Source: Eledone cirrhosa (Eukaryota). Taken from it: a stretch of 64,000 bases of DNA. The notes below the pieces were generated by a model. It was not told the DNA's origin. It worked only from the letters and a program-made list of their open reading frames with translations, and made no database searches. The stretch is from contig OZ024743.1 of assembly GCA_964016885.1 (NCBI GenBank), forward strand, positions 368,776,001 to 368,840,000, given 5' to 3'. Within the stretch, counting starts at the first letter, position 1. Each line of letters begins with the position of its first letter. Positions 53,561 to 64,000 of this stretch are shown here, piece after piece. The position numbers and the translations under genes were made by a program.

Positions 53561-54004
53561 GGGGTGAAAGAGACAAGAAAATATTAAAGGCATCGTAGGG
53601 CACTGAACAGACCGACCGGTTAAATTGTTTAGAGTCTGGTTCAGTCTGAACTTCCAGATGGCCAAAACTGGGATGAGGTGACAATTTAGAAATTCTGGAA
53701 GTTACCAAAACAGTTGGGTGTCTAAGGAAAGACGTAATGTAATTTACAGCTTTTGTGTTTTATTCCTTCTTACAGTTGGCTTGTCAGCCCTGTTAGTTTC
53801 GCTAGACCCAAGAGAAAAAAAAAAAATAAAGCTCACATTTTTTCTTTGTGGGAACGCAGGCTGGCCTCGTTCATATTTTGGATTCGAATTTCCATAATTT
53901 TGAACTTTTTTCACTTTTCATTTTGAACTCAACAAAGACAGACTAGCTGTTGAAATATTGTTCAACCAATAAAATATCTATTGCAATCACATTGTGCTCT
54001 TTGG

Positions 54005-54160
54005 TTGGATGCTATGCTTTGTAGCATACAGTTACAGCCCTTTACGGTCTCAGTTCAAATCCCGCCGAGGTTAACTTTGCACTGGGATCGACTTAATCGA
54101 CTTTCCCCTCTCCCAAATTACTGGCCTTGTGCCTATACTAGAAATCATTATTATTATTTT
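54005..54160 (+). mobile_element. Internally deleted SINE
   Basis: gttcaaatcccgccgaggttaactttgc and a ccttgtgcc..agaaa tail. Confidence 0.75.
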
Positions 54161-54544
54161 TGTTGTTGTTGTTGTTGTTGTTCTTGTTGCTGTTGTTATT
54201 GTTGTTGCTGTTGTTCTTATTTTTGTTATTAACCAAGATTCATTTCTCTTTTCCTTCTCTCTTTCTCTATTTCTTCCTTCCCCCCCTCTCTCTCTTTATT
54301 CCCTTTGTTTTCTCTCTCGTTTCTTTCTCTGTCTAATTTGTCTGGACTCCTATATTATGTCTTTAAAAGAACCCCATCATCACCACCACAACTAGCTCAA
54401 CACCCCTTCTCCAAAAAGCCACCAAGTATGTTTGTTTTTAAACAGACATCAGATGAGATGAATTGATGGAGGGTTGAGTAGAAGAGTAATGACAGTCACT
54501 TACACAGGGTGATGGCTGGGGCAGTGGTTTCATACATCGGATGA

Positions 54545-55480
54545 TGGTAGTGCTGATGGTTGGGTAACAGTCTCATATACTGAGTGGTGGTGGGGGTGAG
54601 GGTGGGGTGGTCTTTTACATAGGATGATGGTGGTGATGGTTGGGTAACAGTCTCATATACTGAGTGGTGGAGGTGGTGGTCTTTTACATAGGATGATGGT
54701 TGTGGTGTTGGTGGTGATGGTTGGGTAACAGTCTCATATACTGAGTGGTGGAGGTGGAGGTCTTTTACATAGGATGATGGTTGTGGTGTTGGTGGTGATG
54801 GTTGGGTAACAGTCTCATATACTGAGTGGTGGAGGTGGTGGTCTTTTACATAGGATGATGGTTGTGGTGTTGGTGGTGATGGTTGGGTAACAGTCTCATA
54901 TACTGAGTGGTGGAGGTGGTGGTCTTTTACATAGGATGATGGTTGTGGTGTTGGTGGTGATGGTTGGGTAACAGTCTCATATACTGAGTGGTGGAGGTGG
55001 TGGTCTTTTACATAGGATGATGGTTGTGGTGTTGGTGGTGATGGTTGGGTAACAGTCTCATATACTGAGTGGTGGAGGTGGTGGTCTTTTACATAGGATG
55101 ATGGTTGTGGTGTTGGTGGTGATGGTTGGGTAACAGTCTCATATACTGAGTGGTGGAGGTGGTGGTCTTTTACATAGGATGATGGTTGTGGTGTTGGTGG
55201 TGATGGTTGGGTAACAGTCTCATATACTGAGTGGTGGAGGTGGTGGTCTTTTACATAGGATGATGGTTGTGGTGTTGGTGGTGATGGTTGGGTAACAGTC
55301 TCATATACTGAGTGGTGGAGGTGGTGGTCTTTTACATAGGATGATGGTTGTGGTGTTGGTGGTGATGGTTGGGTAACAGTCTCATATACTGAGTGGTGGA
55401 GGTGGAGGTCTTTTACATAGGATGATGGTTGTGGTGTTGGTGGTGATGGTTGGGTAACAGTCTCATATACTGAGTGGTGG
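54545..55480. repeat. 81-bp tandem array (10 full units plus 2 altered)
   Basis: Unit ggttgggtaacagtctcatatactgagtggtggaggtggtggtcttttacataggatgatggttgtggtgttggtggtgat. One minus-strand frame is open (27-aa period). Confidence 0.95.
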
Positions 55481-56116
55481 TGGTGGTGGTGGTGGTGGTG
55501 ATGGTAGTAATTAATGGTAGCATACAAAACATGATTCATAGTTCTTTTGTTGATCTCATTGTGTCATCTTTATCACACTACAGCACAAAAAACACTTACT
55601 TAGAAGTTTCTAAGCTTCTGTAGATGCAAGATGAAGAATTCTTTTCCAAATCTTCCTTCCGTTTTTCATCTGAGTAGGAAACAGACTCTTTACAAAATGG
55701 ATGCAGTGTCATGTTCAAATGGATAAACTTTTGTTGTTGTTATTGTTGTTTTCTTCTCCCCTCCTTCTCCTCCCCCTCTCTCTCTTTGCCCACCTCCACC
55801 AATATTCACTGTCCATTTTCATAAAAGTTTATACTCTTTTACTTTCTAACAATTCTATCTACCCTCGGCCCACACACCTACCTACCTATCAACTTATCTA
55901 CCCACCCCCTACCTATCTACCTACCTACTTACATGCCCACCCACTTACCTACCTAGCTACATAATCACCCACCCACCCACGTATCTACCTACCTACCTAG
56001 AAGCCCTCAACTCCTGCTAAAGTCATAGAGGTGTCATTGTCACATACTGTGTTGTATCTTGGGTATTTTAACTTAGCACAGCCCATTCCAGTTTCTTCCA
56101 GAAAAAAAAAAAGGAC

Positions 56117-56290
56117 AAGTAGAAACAACTCCCACTATTGGACTTGTATTTTATTAATCCTGAAAAGATGAATGGTAATATCAACTAGGGAGGTATTTGA
56201 ACTCAGAATACAGAGAGCTGGAAAGAATTCCAATATTCTGCAATGTATTCTATCTGATGTTCTGGTGATTGCCATCAGTTCACCACTTTT
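56117..56290 (-). mobile_element. Diverged SINE
   Basis: atttgaactcagaa B-box reverse complement, plus a degenerate core. Confidence 0.55.
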
Positions 56291-56839
56291 CTACCTATCT
56301 ACTAGCCTACTTATTATATCTGTACACAGCTGTTTAGCACCAAGTTGTTGACCTCCTCATGGTGGGCCCTGGAAACTGATCACTGATCTCTGGTCTCAAT
56401 CAGGTGAACAATAACAACCTGAGACAGCAACAGTCTCATATACAAGAAGGAGAAAAAGCATGAATGAAACGGGTAAGCTCTGACTTGATGAGTTTCTGGG
56501 CTCGGGGTAGGCCTTTACTTTGTTCCATGCTGGTAAAGGGCAGTACTATTCATAAGTCTGACTATGTTGAAACCTAGGAACCCTGCAGAGACTAGAAGGT
56601 CATAATTTGTTTTTTTCTTTTTGCTGAAGCACTGTTACTACAATGAAGCGTCAATGTGAGACTGGAATATCTGAATTCATAGGGGCTTGAGCATGGGTAA
56701 TATGACGGTGTATGTAGAGTTTGTAGAGTAACATCCTTGTGTTAGACAGGGTTACCAACCCTTTTCATCTCCTTTATCCCATAGCAAATTACGAAAAGTA
56801 AATTTCTCTCCACCCTGTTTTGTTCAGTAATTTAAGTTT

Positions 56840-56995
56840 TGGTTTTAGGAAGGGCATCCAGCCGTAGTAAACCTGCCAGATACAGTTCTATATGAGTGAG
56901 ACACGGTCACCCAACCAATCTTGCCTCAAGTGGGACAATCCCGTCTAACCCATGCTAGCATGGAAGATGGACGTTAAACGATGATGATGATGATG
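56840..56995 (+). mobile_element. RTE 3'UTR tail fragment
   Basis: ggaagggcatccagccgtag...ggacgttaaacgatgatgat, close to 8225-8358. Confidence 0.85.
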
Positions 56996-57111
56996 TCTCT
57001 ACCATAATTTGGCAAATGGCAATAAAGAAATGTTAAATTACTGATTTTAATATCATTTTAGGTTCAAATAATAAGAATAGCACAAAACAACCTTATTTTA
57101 CTTACCTAATG

Positions 57112-57485
57112 ATAAACAGATACCAGTACTAAAACCAAATACAGTCAGTCAATTTGAACAACTGTTGATGAACGGATATCAATATTAGGATTAATTACAG
57201 TCAGTCAATGTGACCAACTAATGATGAACAGATACCAGTTCTGGGACCAAATATAGTCAGTCAATGTGAAAGGATACTGGTACTAGGACTAAATACAGTC
57301 AGTCAATGTGAACAGATACTAGTACTAGGACTAAATACAGTCAATCGATGTGAACAGATACTAGTACTAGGACTAAATACAATCAGTCAAATCAATGTGA
57401 ACAGACACTGGTACTAAGACTAAATACAATCATTTAATACTAAAAAATATTGATGAACAAATACTGGTACTAGGACCAAATAAAA
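57112..57485. repeat. Degenerate ~42-52-bp minisatellite
   Basis: About 8 copies of gaacagatactagtactaggactaaatacagtcagtcaatgt. Confidence 0.85.
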
Positions 57486-58810
57486 TTAGTCATCAACTTT
57501 GTGAATCACCAATAAATTAGACTCACAGAGATCAGTAAATTCAAAATAATAGATAAAAAATCTAAATATTTTAATAAATACGATATTTATATTTTAAATT
57601 TTCTTCAGGTCTTTAAAAGGTTTTAGTTATAATTGAAAATAAAAATATCTACAAATCCAGAATCAGAAAAATGAGGATAAATGTAGCCCAAGTTGGGAAC
57701 TATTGTATTAGTTCAAGTTCTTATTTAAATTTCTCTATGTTCTCAAATCATATCAATAACGGTTTATTTGTTCCTTGACTTTACTTTACCTCCTAAATAA
57801 ATGCTCATGTTTCTAAATCTTGTTATAAAGACCTGTCTTAGCATTGATATTATAGTGTTAACTCTTAATGTCCTGTACCACATGAAACCTCATTAGCAAA
57901 ACATTGTTGTAAAATAAAATACTGGGCTATGACAGCATCACAAGTCTTTATTCTAATGCTGCATATTTTTTCAAGGATGTGTCTACTATAAACATGAATA
58001 CACTATAAACATTTGAATTAACAAACCCATTTTTTAAAACATGTTTTCTGTTAAATAATTACAGGATATTATAAATTAATCAGAAGAATGAAAATAGATA
58101 AATCTATCCTTAGATGAGATGCCAGACATTTTCAAGTATTATCCTCTAGAGATCTGCTAAATTTTTCTGACCAAATTTAAGAACATTGGGAGTACTTCAA
58201 TAACTTGCATTCCCAACCTCAGATCACTCAATGGTTTAAAAAAATAAAATGGGAATCCATTCAAGTTACTTACTAGATCATCCGTAAGATTGTACATTTG
58301 TTGGCATAAGGTAAGATAAGGAGCCCTTCACAGCTGATGGAGTCCTAGGGTGTTGTGCTAACATATCTTGAGCATTTTAAATCTGGGTGAGCCCATCGCT
58401 CTCCAGGTTAGAACACACATGATATTTTCCAGAGAAATAATGTTGCCGTTGATGTACAAAGAGGTGGGATGGTTATGGTTACTATACTTTTGATTATAGC
58501 TAACTAGCTATATATATATATGTATATATTATCATTATCATCATTTTTTAACATCTGCGCTTCCTACCTGCAAAAGTTGGATGGGTCTACATAGAGCAAG
58601 TCAACACTGAAGCTGGGGCTACTGACTTCCCAGACAAGCTGGGGGGGGGGGGGGGTCTGCATTGTGCTTAAGTATGGCTTTACACTCTATCGAGTGCCCA
58701 GTGGAAGTTGTCATATCTTTGGCATAACTGAAGGGTCCTCCCAATCCTTTGTTTGGCTAACTTTCTATGGTTGACTGCCCTACCCATCACCGTATGTATA
58801 TATATAAATA

Positions 58811-58868
<58 letters not shown>

Positions 58869-58958
58869 CAAAAAGTTATGAAACGAAAGGAGCTGTGTGG
58901 TTACTAAAAAAACGGTTTAGGGTTAGGACGGAACAGGAGGAGAAAGGAAGAAAGGAGT

Positions 58959-59022
58959 TTCAATCGTCAGCTGTAAATGTTACCCGAACCGATGTTTCGG
59001 CGCTGAATTACAGGACATCGGT
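58959..59022 (-). ncRNA. Candidate non-circularly permuted hammerhead ribozyme
   Basis: RNA: ACCGAU-GUC-CUGUAA-UUCAG-CGCC-GAAA-CAUCGGU-UCGGGUAACAU-UUACAG-CUGACGA-UUGAA. Stem III is 8 bp, stem I is 6 bp, and a possible stem II is 5 bp. Confidence 0.6.
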
Positions 59023-59746
59023 GGAGTTCGGGTGCACCCGAGGTCTTTTATTGGTGCTGGATTACAGGACATCGGTGTAGTTCGGGTGCACCCGAGGCCT
59101 TTTATTGGTGCTGGATTACAGGACATCGGTGTAGTCCGGGTGCACCCGAGGCCTTTTATTGGTGCTGGATTACAGGACATCGGTGTAGTCCGGATGCACC
59201 CGAGGCCTTTTATTGGTACTGAATTACAGGACATCGGTGTAGTTCGGGTGTGCCCGAGGTCTTTTATTGGTGCTGAATTACAGGACATCGGTGTAGTTCG
59301 GGTGTGCCTGAGGCCTTTTATTGGTGCTGAATTACAGGACATCGGTGTAGTCCGGGTGTGCCTGAGGCCTTTTATTGGTGCTGAATTACAGGACATCGGT
59401 GTAGTTCGGGTGTGCCTGAGGCCTTTTATTGGTGCTGAATTACAGGACATCGGTGTAGTTCGGGTGTGCCTGAGGCCTTTTATTGGTGCTGAATTACAGG
59501 ACATCGGTGTAGTTCGGGTGTGCCTGAGGCCTTTTATTGGTGCTGAATTACAGGACATCGGTGTAGTTCGGGTGTGCCTGAGGCCTTTTATTGGTGCTGA
59601 ATTACAGGACATCGGTGTAGTCCGGGTGTGCCTGAGGCCTTTTATTGGTGCTGAATTACAGGACATCGGTGTAGTTCGGGTGTGCCTGAGGCCTTTTATT
59701 GGTGCTGAATTACAGGACATCGGTGTAGTTCGGGTGCGCCCGAGGT
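58999..59746. repeat. 54-bp tandem array, 14 units
   Basis: Unit ggtgctgaattacaggacatcggtgtagttcgggtgtgcctgaggccttttatt, giving an 18-aa period in ORFs on both strands. Confidence 0.97.
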
Positions 59747-59748
59747 CG

Positions 59749-59912
59749 TGCGGTGAATTGGAAGAGTTGTTAAGACATTGAATAGAATGTTTTACGGTAT
59801 TTGTCCCACCTCATTGCACGCTCTGAGTTCAAATACCACCATGGTCAACTTTGCCTTTCATCCTTCCGAGGTCGATAAAAACAGTACCAGTCCAGTACTA
59901 GGGTTGATTCTT
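59749..59912 (+). mobile_element. Older SINE variant
   Basis: ctgagttcaaatacc...gtcaactttgcctttcatccttccgaggtcgataaa. Confidence 0.8.
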
Positions 59913-60048
59913 CTTCTATAGAAAAAATTGGCTGTGTTGGGCTCCGCCAGGTTTAAAAGTGCCCTAGACATGCCATATGACGGTGCCTCTATGACTCCAC
60001 AAGGACTTATGGGATCTTTATCCTTATATATATATATATATATATATA

Positions 60049-60547
60049 GTTAAAAGAATAGAGATGTAACACACAAGTTATTATATATTGGTAAACGGAA
60101 TAGAAAATGCTGACAAATTGTTCACTGTTGAAAAATGGTTTAATTAGGAATGAAAGAGTATTAGTGATTGTATGGGTTAGTATTCAGTTGTGGTTTTAAG
60201 TTTTTAAGTTTTTACCGGTTGCGCATTTCTAAATGCTTTTCAAAAATAATTTTGAGATAGAGTGTCCGTGCTGTTTGCTCTGATCTGATTAGTTTTGGGA
60301 ATTCTACCTGTTTTTATGTTAAAAAAGTGGCTCCAGCGTTATTTTTGTGTTGCAAAAATGCTTGTGGTCAAAACAATTTTGATTGGTCGGTAGAGGTCAT
60401 GTGAATGTAAAAAGTTGATTTTGCGCCAAGACTGTTTTTATGTTAAAAAAGTGGCTCCAGCAAAAATTCTTGGTCAAAACAATTTTGATTGATGTGGATA
60501 AAAAATTGGTTTTGCGCCAAGATTGAGAAATGACTCTTTCACAACAA

Positions 60548-60602
<55 letters not shown>

Positions 60603-60688
60603 TGTGTGTGTGTGTGTAGTAGTAGTAGTAAGGTGTTCGATGCTGCGACAATGGCCAGCAGCGATGTGTGTCAAATGGCTATTAAGAT

Positions 60689-60765
<77 letters not shown>

Positions 60766-60887
60766 GCAGAGTCATTCGAAGGTCAAAAGATATTTTTCAG
60801 CTTTTGTCTTATACGGAGAAGTGCGTGTGTGTGTGTGTGTGTATAAGTCTCTTTGTATGTTGATGTACGCGTGTGTATGTGTTTGTG

Positions 60888-60930
<43 letters not shown>

Positions 60931-61970
60931 ACCAGTATTTTTTTCTTCCCCCTGGTAAAATGGTGTACATTATTCGATTTTTTCAGTAAAATCGGTTCTC
61001 TTAATAGAACATCAAAAATCTTAACAATAAAAGGTGTGAAATGATATTCACTATATATATATATATATACACACACATACATATATTCACTACATATATA
61101 TATATATATATACATATATACATACATATATATGCACATATATTTTTTTGTATTGCACCATAGAGCATGTGTGTTTACGTGTGTCATTGTGTTTATATGT
61201 GGGTAGAGATGTGTGCTGATGTAGGTATGTATGTTGACGTGTGTATGTTGTGGGTTCGTCTTAGGGAGAAGTGTTTAGACGGGGTCCGTATTTGTTAATG
61301 AAGTAAGATTCCTTGCTGATGCGCTGGGTGTGGGTGGCATTATCTTTAAATTTGTAGAGGGGAAAGATTCTGAAGTTGGGATGATTTTGGGCGGCACAGG
61401 TATCAATGTGTTCACTCAGTGGTATTTTCCTGTATTCCCGTATTTTAATTTGGGATCTATGGACAGTCATGCGTTGGCGGAGGCTGTTTTTGGTCTGGCC
61501 TATGTATTGTTCTCGACAACCTGAACAAGTTAATACATATATTAGATTTTCCGATGCACATGTGAAATTGTGTTTTACTATAAAACGTTGTCCATCTTTG
61601 AAATAGAATTCCGAACCCTCTATTAGGTTGATGCAAATGCCACAGTTGGGTCTATCGCATTTTTTTACTGTGGGTTTCGTTGTTGTGGTTGGCAGTACTT
61701 TGGCATGTGTTAAGATGTTTTTCATTGACTTGGATTGTCTTTTGCTCTTTATGATATCGTGTGTTCGTAGAATTTGGTTCATTCTATGGTCCTTTTTCAA
61801 TACAGGGATGTTCTGGAGGATGGTGTCAAAGGCCTCATTGTTGAGGGGGTTGTGTGTGGAGATGTATGGAAGAGCTTTTAGTTTTGGTTGATTTACTTTA
61901 GGGTGTCTAAGGTCCTGGGTACTGAGTTTTAGGGCACGTTGGATTCCATTGTCAATTAGTGATGCAGGGT
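60049..61970 (-). mobile_element. Penelope-like element, left (minus) arm: linker, GIY-YIG endonuclease and long 3' region ending at (TA)n
   Basis: Reverse complement of 62324-64000 over 60272-61970. The extension to about 60049 is inferred from the (TA)n boundary. Confidence 0.85.
61261..61800 (-). CDS. PLE GIY-YIG endonuclease domain with Cys-rich linker (partial ORF; Neptune/Nematis/Naiad-type architecture)
   Basis: KCDRPNCGIC...FTCASENLIYVLTCSGCREQYIGQTKNSLRQRMTVHR...EH...ESYFINKYGPRLN. Uninterrupted. Confidence 0.85.
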   Translation of the reverse strand: MKKDHRMNQILRTHDIIKSKRQSKSMKNILTHAKVLPTTTTKPTVKKCDRPNCGICINLIEGSEFYFKDGQRFIVKHNFTCASENLIYVLTCSGCREQYIGQTKNSLRQRMTVHRSQIKIREYRKIPLSEHIDTCAAQNHPNFRIFPLYKFKDNATHTQRISKESYFINKYGPRLNTSP

Positions 61971-62044
61971 GTTGAGCCCATTTATAAGGGTGTGAAATTC
62001 TTTAAGTTTTTCGATGTTTTCGTGCCAAAGGATGAAGCAGTCAT
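61971..62044 (-). mobile_element. Inverted PLE RT motif-C fragment
   Basis: Minus strand encodes DCFILWHENIEKLKEFHTLINGLN, which normally precedes TNINFTME. Confidence 0.8.
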
Positions 62045-62049
62045 ATATT

Positions 62050-63166
62050 AACACAAATATTAACTTCACGATGGAATACAGCCATCAACAACTCCCCTTC
62101 CTCGACATCTTCATTAAGATCCATAACAAAAAAATAGAAACAGACATATACTACAAGCCCACAGACTCCAAGCAATACCTCCCCTTCAACTCTTGCCACC
62201 CTAGACACGTTAAAATTAATATTCCCTACAACTTAGCCAAGAGAATCTGTACTATAGTCTCCAATAAAAACATCTGCTACTTACGGCTACAAGAACTAAA
62301 GGACACACTCATAGGCAGGGACTACCCTGCATCACTAATTGACAATGGAATCCAACGTGCCCTAAAACTCAGTACCCAGGATCTTAGACACCCTAAAGTA
62401 AATCAACCAAAACTAAAAGCTCTTCCATACATCTCCACACACAACCCCTCAACAATGAGGCCTTTGACACCATCCTCCAGAACATCCCTGTATTGAAAAA
62501 GGACCATAGAATGAACCAAATTCTACGAACACACGATATCATAAAGAGCAAAAGACAATCCAAGTCAATGAAAAACATCTTAACACATGCCAAAGTACTG
62601 CCAACCACAACAACGAAACCCACAGTAAAAAAAATGCGATAGACCCAACTGTGGCATTTGCACAGAGGGTTCGGAATTCTATTTCAAAGATGGACAACGT
62701 TTTATAGTAAAACACAATTTCACATGTGCATCGGAAAATTTAATATATGTATTAACTTGTTCAGGTTGTCGAGAACAATACATAGGCCAGACCAAAATCA
62801 GCGTCCGCCAACGCATGACTGTCCATAGATCCCAAATTAAAATACGGGAATACAGGAAAATACCACTGAGTGAACACATTGATACCTGTGCCGCCCAAAA
62901 TCATCCCAACTTCAGAATCTTTCCCCTCTACAAATTTAAAGATAATGCCACCCACACCCAGCGCATCAGCAAGGAATCTTACTTCATTAACAAATACGGA
63001 CCCCGTCTAAACACTTCTCCCTAAGACGAACCCACAACATACACACGTCAACATACATACCTACATCAGTACACATCTCTACCCACATATAAACACAATG
63101 ACACACGTAAACACACATGCTCTATGGTGCAATACAAAAAAATATATGTGCATATATATGTATTTA

Positions 63167-63233
<67 letters not shown>

Positions 63234-63552
63234 AATATATGTATGTGTGTGTATATATATAGTGAATATCATTTCACACCTTTTATTGTTAAGATTTTTG
63301 ATGTTCTATTAAGAGAACCGATTTTACTGAAAAAATCGAATAATGTACACCATTTTACCAGGGGGAAGAAAAAATACTGGTCCACCCACACACACACACA
63401 CACACACACATACACACATATATACACAAACATATACACACGCGTACATCAACATACAAAGAGACTTATACACACACACACACACACACACACGCACTTC
63501 TCCGTATAAGACAAAAGCTGAAAAATATCTTTTGACCTTCGAATGACTCTGC

Positions 63553-63593
<41 letters not shown>

Positions 63594-63662
63594 ATCTTAA
63601 TAGCCATTTGACACACATCGCTGCTGGCCATTGTCGCAGCATCGAACACCTTACTACTACTA

Positions 63663-63716
<54 letters not shown>

Positions 63717-64000
63717 CTGTTGTGAAAGAGTCATTTCTCAATCTTGGCGCAAAACCAATTTTTTATCCACATCAATCAAAATTGTTTTGACCAAGAATTT
63801 TTGCTGGAGCCACTTTTTTAACATTTTAACATAAAAACAGTCTTGGCGCAAAATCAACTTTTTACATTCACATGACCTCTACCGACCAATCAAAATTGTT
63901 TTGACCACAAGCATTTTTGCAACACAAAAATAACGCTGGAGCCACTTTTTTAACATAAAAACAGGTAGAATTCCCAAAACTAATCAGATCAGAGCAAACA
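62050..64000 (+). mobile_element. Penelope-like element, right (plus) arm: RT thumb, frameshifted GIY-YIG and 3' region, running off the window
   Basis: INFTMEYSHQQLPFLDI, TDIYYKPTDSKQYL..SCHP, then GIY-YIG to the stop at 63024. Confidence 0.9.

Noticed and set aside
58914-58926. Telomere-like ttagggttagg
   Set aside because: Only two units, consistent with chance.
58957-58970. Alternative reading CUGACGA-UU-GAAAC as a stem-II-less minizyme
   Set aside because: It gives only 2 bp of stem III with the GUC strand, versus 8 bp for the upstream GAAA. Less likely, though worth a control mutation.
58999-59746. 54-bp array as a CRISPR array or as a protein gene (ORFs on both strands)
   Set aside because: There are no unique spacers or cas genes, and the context is eukaryotic. 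The open frames follow from a 3n unit lacking stops.
61261-61800. Selenoprotein-type PLE (in-frame UGA plus SECIS)
   Set aside because: No in-frame TGA in the visible domain, and no convincing SECIS in the 3' region.

Overview
AT-rich eukaryotic DNA made almost entirely of nested, mostly decayed transposable elements and microsatellites. The SINE and RTE families and the (TA)/(CA)/(TATG)/(TAA) load resemble an octopus/coleoid cephalopod genome (inference). No intact host protein-coding gene is supported. Content: many tRNA-derived SINEs; non-LTR fragments of the RTE, Tx1 (L1-Tx1), R4/Dong, CRE and I/ingi-type groups; mariner/Tc1 remnants and hAT/Tc2/piggyBac-type MITEs; Penelope-like elements (PLEs), including a head-to-head inverted GIY-YIG PLE at about 60.0-64.0 kb and two PLE ends with minimal hammerhead ribozymes; and 40-, 81-, ~42- and 54-bp tandem arrays. 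The most striking signal is at 58959-59746 on the minus strand. All hammerhead core motifs (GUC, GAAA, CUGACGA) and complementary stems I and III are present, but in a non-circularly permuted order. They sit at the end of a 14-unit 54-bp array in which every unit repeats only the cleavage-site strand. Also notable: a 3'-end motif shared between the SINE and a Tx1 LINE, strand-polarised targeting of (TAA)n, and a ~125-bp near-perfect fold-back palindrome. LINE fragment boundaries are approximate.
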